Source: a virus (lineage: Duplodnaviria > Caudoviricetes). From it: a DNA stretch of 64,000 nt. The notes under the pieces are model-generated. The model made no database searches, had not been told where the DNA came from, and saw nothing but the letters and a program-made list of their open reading frames with translations. The position numbers were made by a program, and so were the translations under genes. Positions within the stretch are counted from its first letter, which is position 1, and every line of letters begins with the position of its first letter. This document shows positions 16,606 to 25,858 of the stretch, one piece after another. The DNA lies in the IMG/VR virus record IMGVR_UViG_3300046681_000151, positions 1 to 64,000 of that record; one strand, given 5' to 3'.

Positions 16606-17963
16606 GTCTGCGCCATGTCGACGAAGCGGGAATAGTGCCCCTGGAAGGCCGTCGTGATCGTGGCCGTGGGGCCGCCGCGGTTCTTGGCGACGATGAAGTC
16701 GGCTTCGCCGGCCCGCGGGGAGAGCTTTTCGTAGGCGTCTTCGCGGTGCAGAAGGATGACCATGTTGGCGTCCTGCTCGATGGCGCCTGATTCACGGAGG
16801 TCGGACAGAAGCGGCTTCTTGTCAGCGCGCTGTTCGGCGCCGCGGTTCAGCTGCGACATGGCGATCACGGGGACGTGGAGTTCCGCGGCGAGCTTCTTCA
16901 GGCTGCGGCTGATCTTCGCGACTTCCTGCTGCCGGTTCTCGGTGCGGCCGGACAGTTCGCCTTCCATGAGTTGCAGGTAGTCGATGACGACGAGGCGCAG
17001 GTCTCGCTTGCGCTTGATGCGCCGGCAGTGGGAGCGGATCTTCGTGAGCGTCAGCCCGGCGTCGTCGACGATGTCGAGCGGCGCATCGTTGATCATCGGC
17101 CAGACCTTGGCGAGGCGGGCCCAGTCGTCGTCGGTCATGCCGTTCTGGCTCTGCATGTGGTGCAGCGGGACGCGTGCCTGCGCTGACGCGATCTTCATCT
17201 TCAGTTCGGTACGGGACATCTCCAGGCTGAAGAACACGGCGGGCAGGCCCTCGACGATCGTCGCGTGGCGGACGATGTCGGTGCCGAGCGTGGACTTGCC
17301 GACGGCGGGCCTAGCCGCAATGACGATCAACTGGCCGGGCTGCAGGCCGTTGGTCAGCGAGTCGAAGTCGGTGAAGCCGGTCTTGACGCCCCGGGCCGGC
17401 CCGTCCTTCTGGAGGACTTCCAACTGCTCAAGGAAGTCTTCGCCATCGGCGCCGATGAGGGTGTCTTCGTCGGCACCGCTGGAGTCGTCGACGATGCCGT
17501 CGACGTCCGCGCGCAGATCGTCGAGGAGTTCACCCGTGTCGCCGCTGCCGTCGGCGATCTTGTGGAGGGTGCGGCTGCAGGCCGACTGCAGGTTCCGCAG
17601 TACTGCCCTCTCGTGAATGATCTCGGCGTAGTTCTGGGCGTGGGCGACGCTGGCGACCTGCTGGACGAGATGGCTCAGGTAGGTGACGCCGCCGATGCGG
17701 TCGATGTCGCCGCTCTTGATCAGGTCATCGTTGATGACGATGGGGTCGATGGGTGCGCCGGCGTTGTAGCGGGCGACGATCGCCCGGAAGATCGTCTGAT
17801 GGGCGGGGCGGTAGAAGTCCTCCGGGTTTTTGATGACGTCCGTCATGTCGGCGACCGCGTCGCGGGACAGCAGCATCGATCCGAGGCCGCCCGCTTCGGC
17901 GGCCATGTCCTGTGGGGGCCGCGCGTCGCGCTGGGGCTCGTCGTCGTAGTCGTCGTGGGTCAC
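16602..17963 (-). CDS. dnaB: replicative DNA helicase
   Basis: AARPAVGKST, FSLEMS, VIDYLQL, SQLNR, LRESGAIEQDA, AKNRGG. Confidence 0.95.
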   Translation of the reverse strand: MTHDDYDDEPQRDARPPQDMAAEAGGLGSMLLSRDAVADMTDVIKNPEDFYRPAHQTIFRAIVARYNAGAPIDPIVINDDLIKSGDIDRIGGVTYLSHLVQQVASVAHAQNYAEIIHERAVLRNLQSACSRTLHKIADGSGDTGELLDDLRADVDGIVDDSSGADEDTLIGADGEDFLEQLEVLQKDGPARGVKTGFTDFDSLTNGLQPGQLIVIAARPAVGKSTLGTDIVRHATIVEGLPAVFFSLEMSRTELKMKIASAQARVPLHHMQSQNGMTDDDWARLAKVWPMINDAPLDIVDDAGLTLTKIRSHCRRIKRKRDLRLVVIDYLQLMEGELSGRTENRQQEVAKISRSLKKLAAELHVPVIAMSQLNRGAEQRADKKPLLSDLRESGAIEQDANMVILLHREDAYEKLSPRAGEADFIVAKNRGGPTATITTAFQGHYSRFVDMAQT

Positions 17964-18556
17964 TTGTTGCCGCCCTTCCTGCGGTCGGCGCCGGTGAAGT
18001 GGGCGATGGTGGCGCCGTCGCCGAGGCGGGAGGCCGCGCGGTCGCCGAGGACGTCGCGGATCTCGGGGGTCGTCAGGTTGGTGGCGATGAGCGTGGGGCG
18101 CCGCTTCTGCCAGCGGTTGTCGATGAGTTCGCTGATGGCGTCGGCGGTCCAGTCGTTGACGGCCCTGGCGCCCAGGTCGTCGATGGCGTACACGTCTGCC
18201 TCGCGCCAGGCGGTGAGCTGCTCGTGATCGAGGGGCCGGTCCGTCGCGAGCTTGACGTCGTAGGTGGTGGCGATGCGGAACTGGCCTGCCCAGCCGGAGC
18301 GGATCAGGGTTTCGTTGAGCTTCCACAGGTGCCACGTCTTCGTGGTGCCGATCTCGCCGGTGAGGATCAGCGATCCGTGGCGGCCGGCAAGGAAGTTGTT
18401 CATCCAGCCGCGGACGTCGGGGCGCAGCTCACCGGAGTCGGCGAAGGCGGCAGGGCGTCGGGCCAGGAAGGCGTCCAGCCGGAAGGCGACGGCTTCGGCT
18501 TGGGCTTCGGCGCGCCAGGAGGCGTGGTCGTGGGGGTCGTAGGCGGTTGTGTTCAT
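17960..18556 (-). CDS. DnaC/IstB-like helicase loader
   Basis: LILTGEIGTTKT Walker A, IDDLGA, PTLIATN, ASRL. Confidence 0.85.
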   Translation of the reverse strand: MNTTAYDPHDHASWRAEAQAEAVAFRLDAFLARRPAAFADSGELRPDVRGWMNNFLAGRHGSLILTGEIGTTKTWHLWKLNETLIRSGWAGQFRIATTYDVKLATDRPLDHEQLTAWREADVYAIDDLGARAVNDWTADAISELIDNRWQKRRPTLIATNLTTPEIRDVLGDRAASRLGDGATIAHFTGADRRKGGNK

Positions 18557-19488
18557 GATGCGAACAGGTCCTCCACTGATGAGTTCGTGTAGTCGTCTGC
18601 GGTGTGCGTGTTGGCGCGGGAGCCAGTGCCTTGGCGGCGGGAGCTGGCGGGGCCGGGGGTGTTTCGCTGCTCGCGGTCGCGGGCTCTCTTGGCCGAGTCG
18701 GCGATCCACTTCTGCCAGGCGTCGTGCCAGTTGCGCTTACGGCGGCCTTCGGCCCGCCAGTAGCGGATGAACTGCTCGGTCTCGAAGTCGGGATCGAGGT
18801 TCGGATAGAGCGCGACGACCCAGCGGCGCATCGTGTCGTTGAGGTAGAAGTCGTCGGGGATTTCGTGGGAGCCGTCAGGCTCAACGGCGCGCACTACACG
18901 ACCCGCGCTCTCTCCATCTACAGCAACCACAGATATGGGGTACGGGTCGGGTCGGGTCGGGGCGCTGTTAGTAACGCCGTGACGAAGCTCGATGACCTGC
19001 GAGTCTTCATCTGAAACGGCACGTTTTGAAGTCGCCGTCGTGTCGCCGTCGTGCTGCGTTCGTGTCGCCGTCGTGTCGCCGTCGTGCGTTTCGTCGTCAT
19101 GCGTAACGCCGTTACTGACGCCGTTACTTGACCCGTCCGGCGGCGTCGGCTTGCCGTTCTTGCGGCGGCGGAAGCGCTCCTGTCGCTCGGCGTTCCTCTT
19201 CCGCTCCAAGAGCACCTGCTCGCGGCTCGGGTTGTAGTCGAGGTAGTCGTGGATCAGCCACCCCTCGTCGGTGCGATCCCAGACGCCGGCCTCTTCCAGC
19301 TGCTTGGCGGTCGCCTTGATGGCGCGGATGTTGGCGACGAGCGTGAGTTCGCGGTCGCTGATGTGCCCGTCCGTGAGGTTTTCGGCGCACCAGCAGATCG
19401 CGGAGACGTGCAGCCGGAAGGCCCGATCGGACAACAGCGCAACCTTCCGATGGGAAGGGAAGCGGTCGTCGAGCTTGACCCAGGGCAT
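18553..19488 (-). CDS. phage replication initiator protein
   Basis: MPWVKLDDRFPSHRKV...IHDYLDYNP N-terminus; internal repeats; upstream of loader and helicase. Confidence 0.8.
   Translation of the reverse strand: MPWVKLDDRFPSHRKVALLSDRAFRLHVSAICWCAENLTDGHISDRELTLVANIRAIKATAKQLEEAGVWDRTDEGWLIHDYLDYNPSREQVLLERKRNAERQERFRRRKNGKPTPPDGSSNGVSNGVTHDDETHDGDTTATRTQHDGDTTATSKRAVSDEDSQVIELRHGVTNSAPTRPDPYPISVVAVDGESAGRVVRAVEPDGSHEIPDDFYLNDTMRRWVVALYPNLDPDFETEQFIRYWRAEGRRKRNWHDAWQKWIADSAKRARDREQRNTPGPASSRRQGTGSRANTHTADDYTNSSVEDLFAS
18965..19128. repeat. iteron-like repeats (probable phage replication origin)
   Basis: GTCGCCGTCGT x4 (19031-19085) and GTAACGCCGT(T/G)AC-type repeats at 18971, 19103 and 19116 inside the initiator gene. 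Confidence 0.65.
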
Positions 19489-19661
19489 TGGAGCTTCTTT
19501 CGGGAGGTGTGGTCAGGGGTTGTGGGCGCACGGAACCAGGGCGCTTACGGAGGCCTGTTCAACCCCTCCCCGCCATAGCTATGATAGCTAAGAACGCTAA
19601 GAAATCGATAGCTAAGGGAGCCACCATGACTGTCATGGCCATCAGCGGTTACGCTGTGCCT

Positions 19662-19946
19662 ATGAGCGACCGGCCGACCGTGCACCAAAACCAGATCGCC
19701 GAGGCGCGCAACGTCCTCGGCCAGGTGATCGCGCGCGCCCGCTTCGGCGGCGAGCCGACAGTCCTCATCAATCGCGGCCAGAAGGCCGGCGCGATCGTCA
19801 GCTACGAAGACTTCGCGACCCTCTGGGAACTCCGCGCCTATCTGGAGGAGTTGGAGGCCGACGACCGGCCGAGCGGCAGGGTCAACGCCCGCGCTCTCCG
19901 CGAAGCGCTCGACATCGCGAAGCGCCGCGCTCTCGACTCGTCCTGA
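19662..19946 (+). CDS. Phd/YefM-family antitoxin-like protein (orphan)
   Basis: IAEARNVLGQVIARA...EPTVLINRGQ..AIVSYEDF; TACGCT-N6-ATG. Confidence 0.8.
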   Translation: MSDRPTVHQNQIAEARNVLGQVIARARFGGEPTVLINRGQKAGAIVSYEDFATLWELRAYLEELEADDRPSGRVNARALREALDIAKRRALDSS

Positions 19947-20000
19947 CACTTCCCCTCCTCTCGTCTCGGCCTCGCCCTTGCGGGGCCGCTGTTGTTTCCG

Positions 20001-21179
20001 CTAGCTGGCGTTCCGGTACCTGCTCGGCTGGTGGTCGTCGCACAGCCAGCCGGCCGGATATAGGCGGGCCGGCTGGCCGCACCTGACGCGGCCGGCGTCG
20101 CAGATGCCGGGAACTGGGCGCCGGATCGCCGGCGCCACTAGTTCGGATGCGGCGGTGACGCCCTGCGGAGGTTCGGGCAGAGCGACGGCCTGAAGACGCA
20201 TCGCTTCCAGCTCGGTTTCCTTCGCCCGGGAGTGGCCGCCGGGCTCGCCCTTCCGGGTCCGCACCGCCTCGGCCGCCGCTCCGTCGGCCTGCGGCGCGGC
20301 CGGGCTGGCTATGTAGGCGAGGTACTGGCCATACGAGGCCATGTCGGTCCAGAAGAACCTGGGCGCCCGGATCACCCTGGCGTCGACGACTGGCATGTAG
20401 GCGCCGATGGGTGCACCGCGAAGAACGTCGTCCAACTGGCCGGCCGTGACCTGCCCGCGGGCGTGGGGCTTACCGCAGCCGCTGAACTTGCCGTTCGGGC
20501 ACTCGTGGCCGCTGCGCACCGTGCAGGTGTAGATCTCTATGCGGTAGACACCACCGCGGAACTCGTGCCGGTAGTTGGGATTCACGATCACCTTCGGCGG
20601 CAGGTCACCGTCGGTGCGCAGGATCGGCACCTGGCCGCGCACCTTGTCGCTCGTGGAGTGCCACATCGCCGTGCGCCCGACCGCGGCAGCAAGGCGTGTC
20701 CGCTCGGGTGCGCTGTACCGGCCGTTGGCGCTGAACGGGGAGTGCTGGTGCTCGTAGGCGATCGTCAGCGTTCCCGTGAGGAGCACGTCGGCGCGAGTCT
20801 TCATGTTCGGCGCCCACGCTTCCCGGCGCGGCTTGTAGCCTTCGGCCTCGCCGATGGTGAACGCGCGGTCGTTCCACGCCCGGTGCTCCGGCGTTTCGAC
20901 GGGCTCGTAGTCGTGGTCGAGGTGCGCCTCGCCCGGCTGGTGACTGCAAACGCGTGTGCCCTTGGCGGTGCTGTACGTCTTCAGCCACTGGACTTCGCCG
21001 TACAGCTCCCAGCATTTGGCGCACTGGATGAGCTTGGCCTTGGGCGAGTTGACGTTCCGTCCGCGCAGCTCCGCCCACTCATCGCTGGTGAGTCCCGCCG
21101 CGTCGACAACACCCTTGTCGTTGCGTGCAGCGCGGGCGCAGACGCTGCCGTCGGTGATGACGATCTGGTTGTTCAGCAC
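20001..21179 (-). CDS. CoiA-like PD-(D/E)XK nuclease-fold protein
   Basis: C..C...H...ETPEH...RADVL...AYEHQ.S. Confidence 0.6.
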   Translation of the reverse strand: MLNNQIVITDGSVCARAARNDKGVVDAAGLTSDEWAELRGRNVNSPKAKLIQCAKCWELYGEVQWLKTYSTAKGTRVCSHQPGEAHLDHDYEPVETPEHRAWNDRAFTIGEAEGYKPRREAWAPNMKTRADVLLTGTLTIAYEHQHSPFSANGRYSAPERTRLAAAVGRTAMWHSTSDKVRGQVPILRTDGDLPPKVIVNPNYRHEFRGGVYRIEIYTCTVRSGHECPNGKFSGCGKPHARGQVTAGQLDDVLRGAPIGAYMPVVDARVIRAPRFFWTDMASYGQYLAYIASPAAPQADGAAAEAVRTRKGEPGGHSRAKETELEAMRLQAVALPEPPQGVTAASELVAPAIRRPVPGICDAGRVRCGQPARLYPAGWLCDDHQPSRYRNAS

Positions 21180-21309
21180 AGTTGCGGGTTCCTTTCGAGT
21201 GAGGGGCAGCCCCGCCACGGCGGGGCTTCGCTATGTCTGCCTTGGGGTGCATGTCCGGCTGGTGTGCGGGATGGGTGTCAGGGCCCGGCGCGCGGGCGGG
21301 GGTGGGCGG

Positions 21310-22854
21310 TCACGCGGCGGCTCGCTGGTCGTCACTGATGGCCCGCTGGTGCAGGAGTCGGATGGCGGCGATGGCTTGCTGCCGGACGACGCCGTTGCCG
21401 AGGGCGCGGAGCATGGCGGAGCGAGTGAGTCCGGGGGCGTCGGTGACCCAGCCGTCGGGGAGGCCCATGAGCCATTCGGTGAAGACGGGGCTCAGTCGTC
21501 CCAGAGCGTCGGTTGGCCAGGGGGCTCGTCGTCCGAGGACTGTTTCCCACCGTTGGATGGCGGGTCCGTAATCGCCCCAGTCAAGGTCGGGTTGCCCCGG
21601 CCGTAGGTTGAGGACGTCCTCTCGCTGTCCGCCGCGGTCGGAGTCGGTAGCAGCACTTCGCCTTGCGGCCGGCTGCCGTCGGTCCTCTCGGCTCCCAGCT
21701 CGTACATCGTTTCCGTCGACGATCCGCCCCGGGATGCCCGCGGCGTCGGCAGGAGCTGCGCCACCGCGCTCGGCAACATCAGGTCCCCCTTGCTGCCGCG
21801 CTGGTTCGGTCCGCCCTTCTCCCCGTCCGACGCCCAGGGCGTCGGAAGCAGCCGCACCGCATCGAGGAGTGTCATTCCGTAGCCCTCGCTGTACGGCGTC
21901 CCGTCCGGCCGGAAGTTCGCCGTCGTGCCGGGGAACGATGCGGCGGGAGTCGGCAGAAGCTTGATGGCTATCGCGAGCGGAGTCCCCTGCCCGTTCCCGT
22001 TGATCCCCTTCGCGAGGTTCCGCTGTCGCCTGGCCTCCCAGGACTCCAGCGACTCCCCGTCGTTGGGGTTCCCCGCCGTGGGTGTCGGCAGCAACTTCAC
22101 CGCGTCGACCAACCCGTCGCCGCTCAACGCCCCGCCCTTCGAATCCCGCGCCCGAGGTGTCGGCAGCATCGACACTGCCGTCCGCAGGTCCATGCCCCCG
22201 TCGCCGTGCGTCCCAGCGCCGTTGGTGTCCGAGGTCCGAGGGGTCGGCATCAGCCGGCCAGGCGTAGACGAAGACGCGTTTGCGCTGGTGGGGAGCGCCG
22301 ACCTCCGACGCTGCGACGCGCGCCCATTCCGCATGGAACCCGAGGCCGGCCAGGTCGCCAAGTACGGCTCCGCATGCCCGCAGTAGAGGCCCAGGGTGTC
22401 GGTCTCCCACACAGTTCGGGCAGGGTTCCATGTCGCTGGCAGCCGGTGCTGAGAGGAGCCCTTCGACATTTTCGATGATCACCAATCGTGGTTGGAGGAC
22501 TGCGATGGCGCGGGCCATGTGGTTCCACAGTCCGGAGCGGGAATCAGGTACGAGGCCGACGCGCTTGCCGGCGGATGAGACGTCTTGGCAGGGAAAGCCG
22601 CCGGTGAGGATGTCGATGGGCCCGTGCTCGTCGAGGACGGCCGGCCAGTCGACTTTGGTGATGTCGCCGAGGTTGGGGATGGTCGGCCAGTGGCGGGCGA
22701 GGATGCGGGCGGCGTACTGGTTGGCGTCTTCCTTGCCCTTCTTGTCCGGCGGCTCGTATTGCGAGTGCCAGAGGACGTCGGCGTCGTAGGCGTCCATGAC
22801 GGCCAGGTCGAGGGCGCCGGTGCCGGTGAACAGGGAGCCGATGCGGAGCGTCAC
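21310..22854 (-). CDS. DNA (cytosine-5)-methyltransferase, catalytic chain
   Basis: SLFTGTG (I), GGFPCQD (IV), ENV (VI), RKRVF (VIII), EWLMG (IX), LGNGV (X). Confidence 0.9.
   Translation of the reverse strand: MTLRIGSLFTGTGALDLAVMDAYDADVLWHSQYEPPDKKGKEDANQYAARILARHWPTIPNLGDITKVDWPAVLDEHGPIDILTGGFPCQDVSSAGKRVGLVPDSRSGLWNHMARAIAVLQPRLVIIENVEGLLSAPAASDMEPCPNCVGDRHPGPLLRACGAVLGDLAGLGFHAEWARVAASEVGAPHQRKRVFVYAWPADADPSDLGHQRRWDARRRGHGPADGSVDAADTSGAGFEGRGVERRRVGRRGEVAADTHGGEPQRRGVAGVLGGQATAEPREGDQRERAGDSARDSHQASADSRRIVPRHDGELPAGRDAVQRGLRNDTPRCGAAASDALGVGRGEGRTEPARQQGGPDVAERGGAAPADAAGIPGRIVDGNDVRAGSREDRRQPAARRSAATDSDRGGQREDVLNLRPGQPDLDWGDYGPAIQRWETVLGRRAPWPTDALGRLSPVFTEWLMGLPDGWVTDAPGLTRSAMLRALGNGVVRQQAIAAIRLLHQRAISDDQRAAA
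21492..22469 (-). CDS. nested alternative-frame ORF with 7 L(L/M)PTP repeats (putative methyltransferase TRD/beta subunit)
   Basis: 325-aa ORF entirely inside the MTase gene; repeats LPTPxA(S/R/A)D. Confidence 0.7.
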   Translation of the reverse strand: MSKGSSQHRLPATWNPARTVWETDTLGLYCGHAEPYLATWPASGSMRNGRASQRRRSALPTSANASSSTPGRLMPTPRTSDTNGAGTHGDGGMDLRTAVSMLPTPRARDSKGGALSGDGLVDAVKLLPTPTAGNPNDGESLESWEARRQRNLAKGINGNGQGTPLAIAIKLLPTPAASFPGTTANFRPDGTPYSEGYGMTLLDAVRLLPTPWASDGEKGGPNQRGSKGDLMLPSAVAQLLPTPRASRGGSSTETMYELGAERTDGSRPQGEVLLPTPTAADSERTSSTYGRGNPTLTGAITDPPSNGGKQSSDDEPPGQPTLWDD

Positions 22855-23729
22855 GCCGCAGCCCCCAGCCCGGCCTTGGCCGTCTTCTCCTGCTGGGGCC
22901 GCACGCGCTTCTCGCCGCTGCGCCATTCCTGGACGATCTGGCGGACGGTGGAGATAGACACCTCGTGGTCGAGCCGGGTGAGGATCTGTTCGGGGGTGTC
23001 GCCGTGCCAGGCGAAGTGGATGATCTCTTCGCGGCGGAGCTGGGCGCGCTCGTGGAAGTTGAGCTGGACGGCTGGTGCGTCTGGCTCACAGTCGGGGTTG
23101 TCGATGTCGTCCCAGGCGCCGGGTGGCGCCCAGCCTTCGCGGGCGGCCCGTCGTTCGTTCTTCCAGTTGGTGCCGCGCTGGTGGACGAGTTGCCGGTAGG
23201 TCTCGGCGAGGGCGGTGGCCGCCTTGTTGTCGATGACGTTCCAGCGGGCTTCGGCGAGGAGGCTGATGCTGGCGATGCTGAGGCCGCTGCGTGTGGAGAT
23301 GTCGGCGCGCCCGTGGCCGAGGCTGTAGAGGGCGCGGACGCGTCGGATGGATCCGATGGCGGGGCGTTCGGCGTTGCCGTCGAAGCGGTGCGGCCGGACG
23401 GTGAGGATCCGGCGGGCCACGTCCGCCTGGCAGGTTTTGTTGCGGCCGGTGGTGACGTAGGAGATGGCGGACTGGGCGACGCCGGCCTCTCGGGCGATCA
23501 TGGTTTGGCTCATGCCGGTCGCTCGCAGCATCAGGATGTGCGGCAGGACTTCGGCGACGGGAACGAGGCTGCGTTCGCCGCGTTGGCGGCGGAGTTCCCG
23601 TTCCAGGTCGGCGCGCCGGTGGCCGCGCTGGCACAGCTTGCACCGGCAGGGCGGCCGGGTGCCGGTGCGGTTGCCCTTGTAGCGGGCGTCGGTGCCGTGT
23701 GCGGGGATGGTATCGGTGGCGGTGGTCAC
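22851..23729 (-). CDS. HTH-containing DNA-binding protein
   Basis: HGT.ARY...CRC..C N-terminus; GMSQTMIAREAGVAQSAIS HTH. Confidence 0.7.
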   Translation of the reverse strand: MTTATDTIPAHGTDARYKGNRTGTRPPCRCKLCQRGHRRADLERELRRQRGERSLVPVAEVLPHILMLRATGMSQTMIAREAGVAQSAISYVTTGRNKTCQADVARRILTVRPHRFDGNAERPAIGSIRRVRALYSLGHGRADISTRSGLSIASISLLAEARWNVIDNKAATALAETYRQLVHQRGTNWKNERRAAREGWAPPGAWDDIDNPDCEPDAPAVQLNFHERAQLRREEIIHFAWHGDTPEQILTRLDHEVSISTVRQIVQEWRSGEKRVRPQQEKTAKAGLGAAA

Positions 23730-24049
23730 GGCATGTCCTTCCGGTGCTGGTCGATGGCGTCGCGGAGTCGGTCGAGCTCGTTGCAGTCGCCGTAGATGGC
23801 GACGCAGTCGAGGTACAGCCCCGCGTCGGTGCCGGGCTGCTGCTGCTCGGGCTGCCGCTGGGGCTGGTCGGCGAGGATGGCGGTGATCTGGTCGCCGGCG
23901 GCCCGGAGTTCCCGCCGCAGCGCCCACCAGGCGATTCCGGCGGCCACCACCGCGGCGCCGAGCCAGATCCAGTTCCGGCCGATCCAGTCCCCGACGGGCT
24001 GGAGGTTGCTGCCGGCGGTGAGCCACGCGCCGTACAGGTCGGGGTTCAT
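23726..24049 (-). CDS. small membrane protein
   Basis: WIWLGAAVVAAGIAWW. Confidence 0.6.
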   Translation of the reverse strand: MNPDLYGAWLTAGSNLQPVGDWIGRNWIWLGAAVVAAGIAWWALRRELRAAGDQITAILADQPQRQPEQQQPGTDAGLYLDCVAIYGDCNELDRLRDAIDQHRKDMP

Positions 24050-24201
24050 GACCGCCCCCGGTTGAGGTAGGCGACGAGGCCGCACCAGGCGGCGATGAGC
24101 ACGATGGCGGTGATGGCGAGGACGGGCCAGCCGTAGGTGGCGAGCTGGTTGATGTACCAGTTGGCGGGCGCGTTGAGGCCGGTGGCGCGTTCGGGGTTCA
24201 C
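24046..24201 (-). CDS. small membrane protein
   Basis: WPVLAITAIVLIAAWCGLV; coupled. Confidence 0.55.
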   Translation of the reverse strand: MNPERATGLNAPANWYINQLATYGWPVLAITAIVLIAAWCGLVAYLNRGRS

Positions 24202-24329
24202 GTCCGCCTCCCGCGGTTGTGGCGGGTGGTGGCGCGCCGGTTGAGCACGGCGCCGACGATGACGCCGAGCGCACCGGCGAAGATCAGGGCGGGCCACACC
24301 CACCACAGGTTCGAGAAGACCGTGTGCAT
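24198..24329 (-). CDS. small membrane protein
   Basis: LWWVWPALIFAGALGVIVG; coupled. Confidence 0.55.
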   Translation of the reverse strand: MHTVFSNLWWVWPALIFAGALGVIVGAVLNRRATTRHNRGRRT

Positions 24330-25858
24330 CACGCCGCACCCCCGCTGAACAGGTCCGTCATGTACGGCTTGGCGAGGCGGATCTTGCACAGTTCGGCGTG
24401 CGCCGGGTCGTTCTCGATGCCGATGGATTGGAAGCTCTCCAGTCGGCAGGCCTCCAACGTGGTGCCGCTGCCCGCGAACGGGTCGAGGACGGTTCCGCCT
24501 GGCGGGGTGACGAGTCGGACCAGCCACTGCATGAGGGCGAGCGGCTTGACGGTGGTGTGCGCGGTGCCGTCCGCGAGCCGGGGACGCTCCGATGCCGGGG
24601 CTTTCGCCTCATACCGGAAGATCGGGAAATACCGGGATGCGCCTCCAGTGTCGCCGTGACCACTGTTGCTGATCTTGCTTCCGGCCGCCTGCCCCATGAT
24701 TCCGCCACTGCGCCGCTGCCCCTTCACGGATCCGGTCGGGCTCGTGCTGACACCGCTTTGCCGGTCCATCTCCGCGACGGGGCATCCGGGCTGGCAGTCC
24801 CCGCCGTCGATGCAGTCGGGTCCGTGACAGAGGAGAATGTTTGTCGGCCAGCGCCCGGCTACGTGCGAGGAGTCCTCGCGGACCCCGGTCCATTCGCCGA
24901 GGGTGTCGCCGTTGCGGGGGCTGTCGATGCCGACGACGGATGCGCACTTCTCGCGGTAGTCCTGTCCGGCCACCGTCCGGCAGGCGTCCACATGGAGCGC
25001 GCCGGTGCCGTGTTCGAGGACGTTGGCGACGGCGGTGTTGAAGCCAGTGGTTTTGCGGGCGAGGACGATCGGCTCGTGCGCCGGGCGAAGCTGGGTGTTC
25101 CAGCCGTGCCACTGCCGGGCCGCATCGGTGGCGGGCGCGGTCAGGTCGTAGGCGCCGGTGCTGACGGGCGCGATCTGCACGTCGGACTCGCCGCGTACCC
25201 GGTGACCTTGGCCGATCACCTCACGCTGTAGCCAGGCCTCGCCGATCTCGCCTTTACGACCGTTGAGTTCGGCGACGAGCGGGCGGATTCCGGTGTCGTC
25301 GAAGCCGAGAAGGTCGCGCAGCCGGTCCCACTGTTCAGGGGTCGGCACGATGGCGGCCTTGCCGGTGAGCGTCGTCCAGTGGCTGGCCATGCCGTTGAAG
25401 CCGAACGCGTCGTCGATCTGCCGGTGCGAGAGCCCGGCGGCGTTCCGAGCGGCGTTCAGGAACACAGTCACCTGCAAGACCTGCGCCCGGTCGTCGCGGC
25501 GCTTGTCGATGGCCTTGCCGATGTTCTGGCCCTTCGGCATCCCGGACCCGTAGATCCAGTGCAGGGAGTCGCGGATCTCGAAGCCGGCGTCCTCGATGGC
25601 GACGGTCATACGGTGGTAGGTGCGAGTCCCGCCGAACGCGACCAGGTGGCCGCCGGGCTTCAGGACGCGCCAGCAGTGGCGCCAGACGTCGACGTTGTAG
25701 GCGATACCCGTTGAGTCCCAGGCGCGGTTCATCATCGAAATCTCGTAGGGCGCGTCTGTCACTACGGCGTCGACGGACGTGTCGGCGAGGGTCGGCAGGA
25801 TGTCGAGGCAGTCGCCGAGGTGCAGCTGGACGGCATCGTCCTCGTAGAAGGCCTTCAT
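24329..25858 (-). CDS. N4-cytosine/N6-adenine DNA methyltransferase (beta class) with inserted HTH
   Basis: GDCL, VTDAPY, W.YGSG.PK, HEPI, H.TVKP, LDPFAGSGTT. Confidence 0.9.
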   Translation of the reverse strand: MKAFYEDDAVQLHLGDCLDILPTLADTSVDAVVTDAPYEISMMNRAWDSTGIAYNVDVWRHCWRVLKPGGHLVAFGGTRTYHRMTVAIEDAGFEIRDSLHWIYGSGMPKGQNIGKAIDKRRDDRAQVLQVTVFLNAARNAAGLSHRQIDDAFGFNGMASHWTTLTGKAAIVPTPEQWDRLRDLLGFDDTGIRPLVAELNGRKGEIGEAWLQREVIGQGHRVRGESDVQIAPVSTGAYDLTAPATDAARQWHGWNTQLRPAHEPIVLARKTTGFNTAVANVLEHGTGALHVDACRTVAGQDYREKCASVVGIDSPRNGDTLGEWTGVREDSSHVAGRWPTNILLCHGPDCIDGGDCQPGCPVAEMDRQSGVSTSPTGSVKGQRRSGGIMGQAAGSKISNSGHGDTGGASRYFPIFRYEAKAPASERPRLADGTAHTTVKPLALMQWLVRLVTPPGGTVLDPFAGSGTTLEACRLESFQSIGIENDPAHAELCKIRLAKPYMTDLFSGGAA

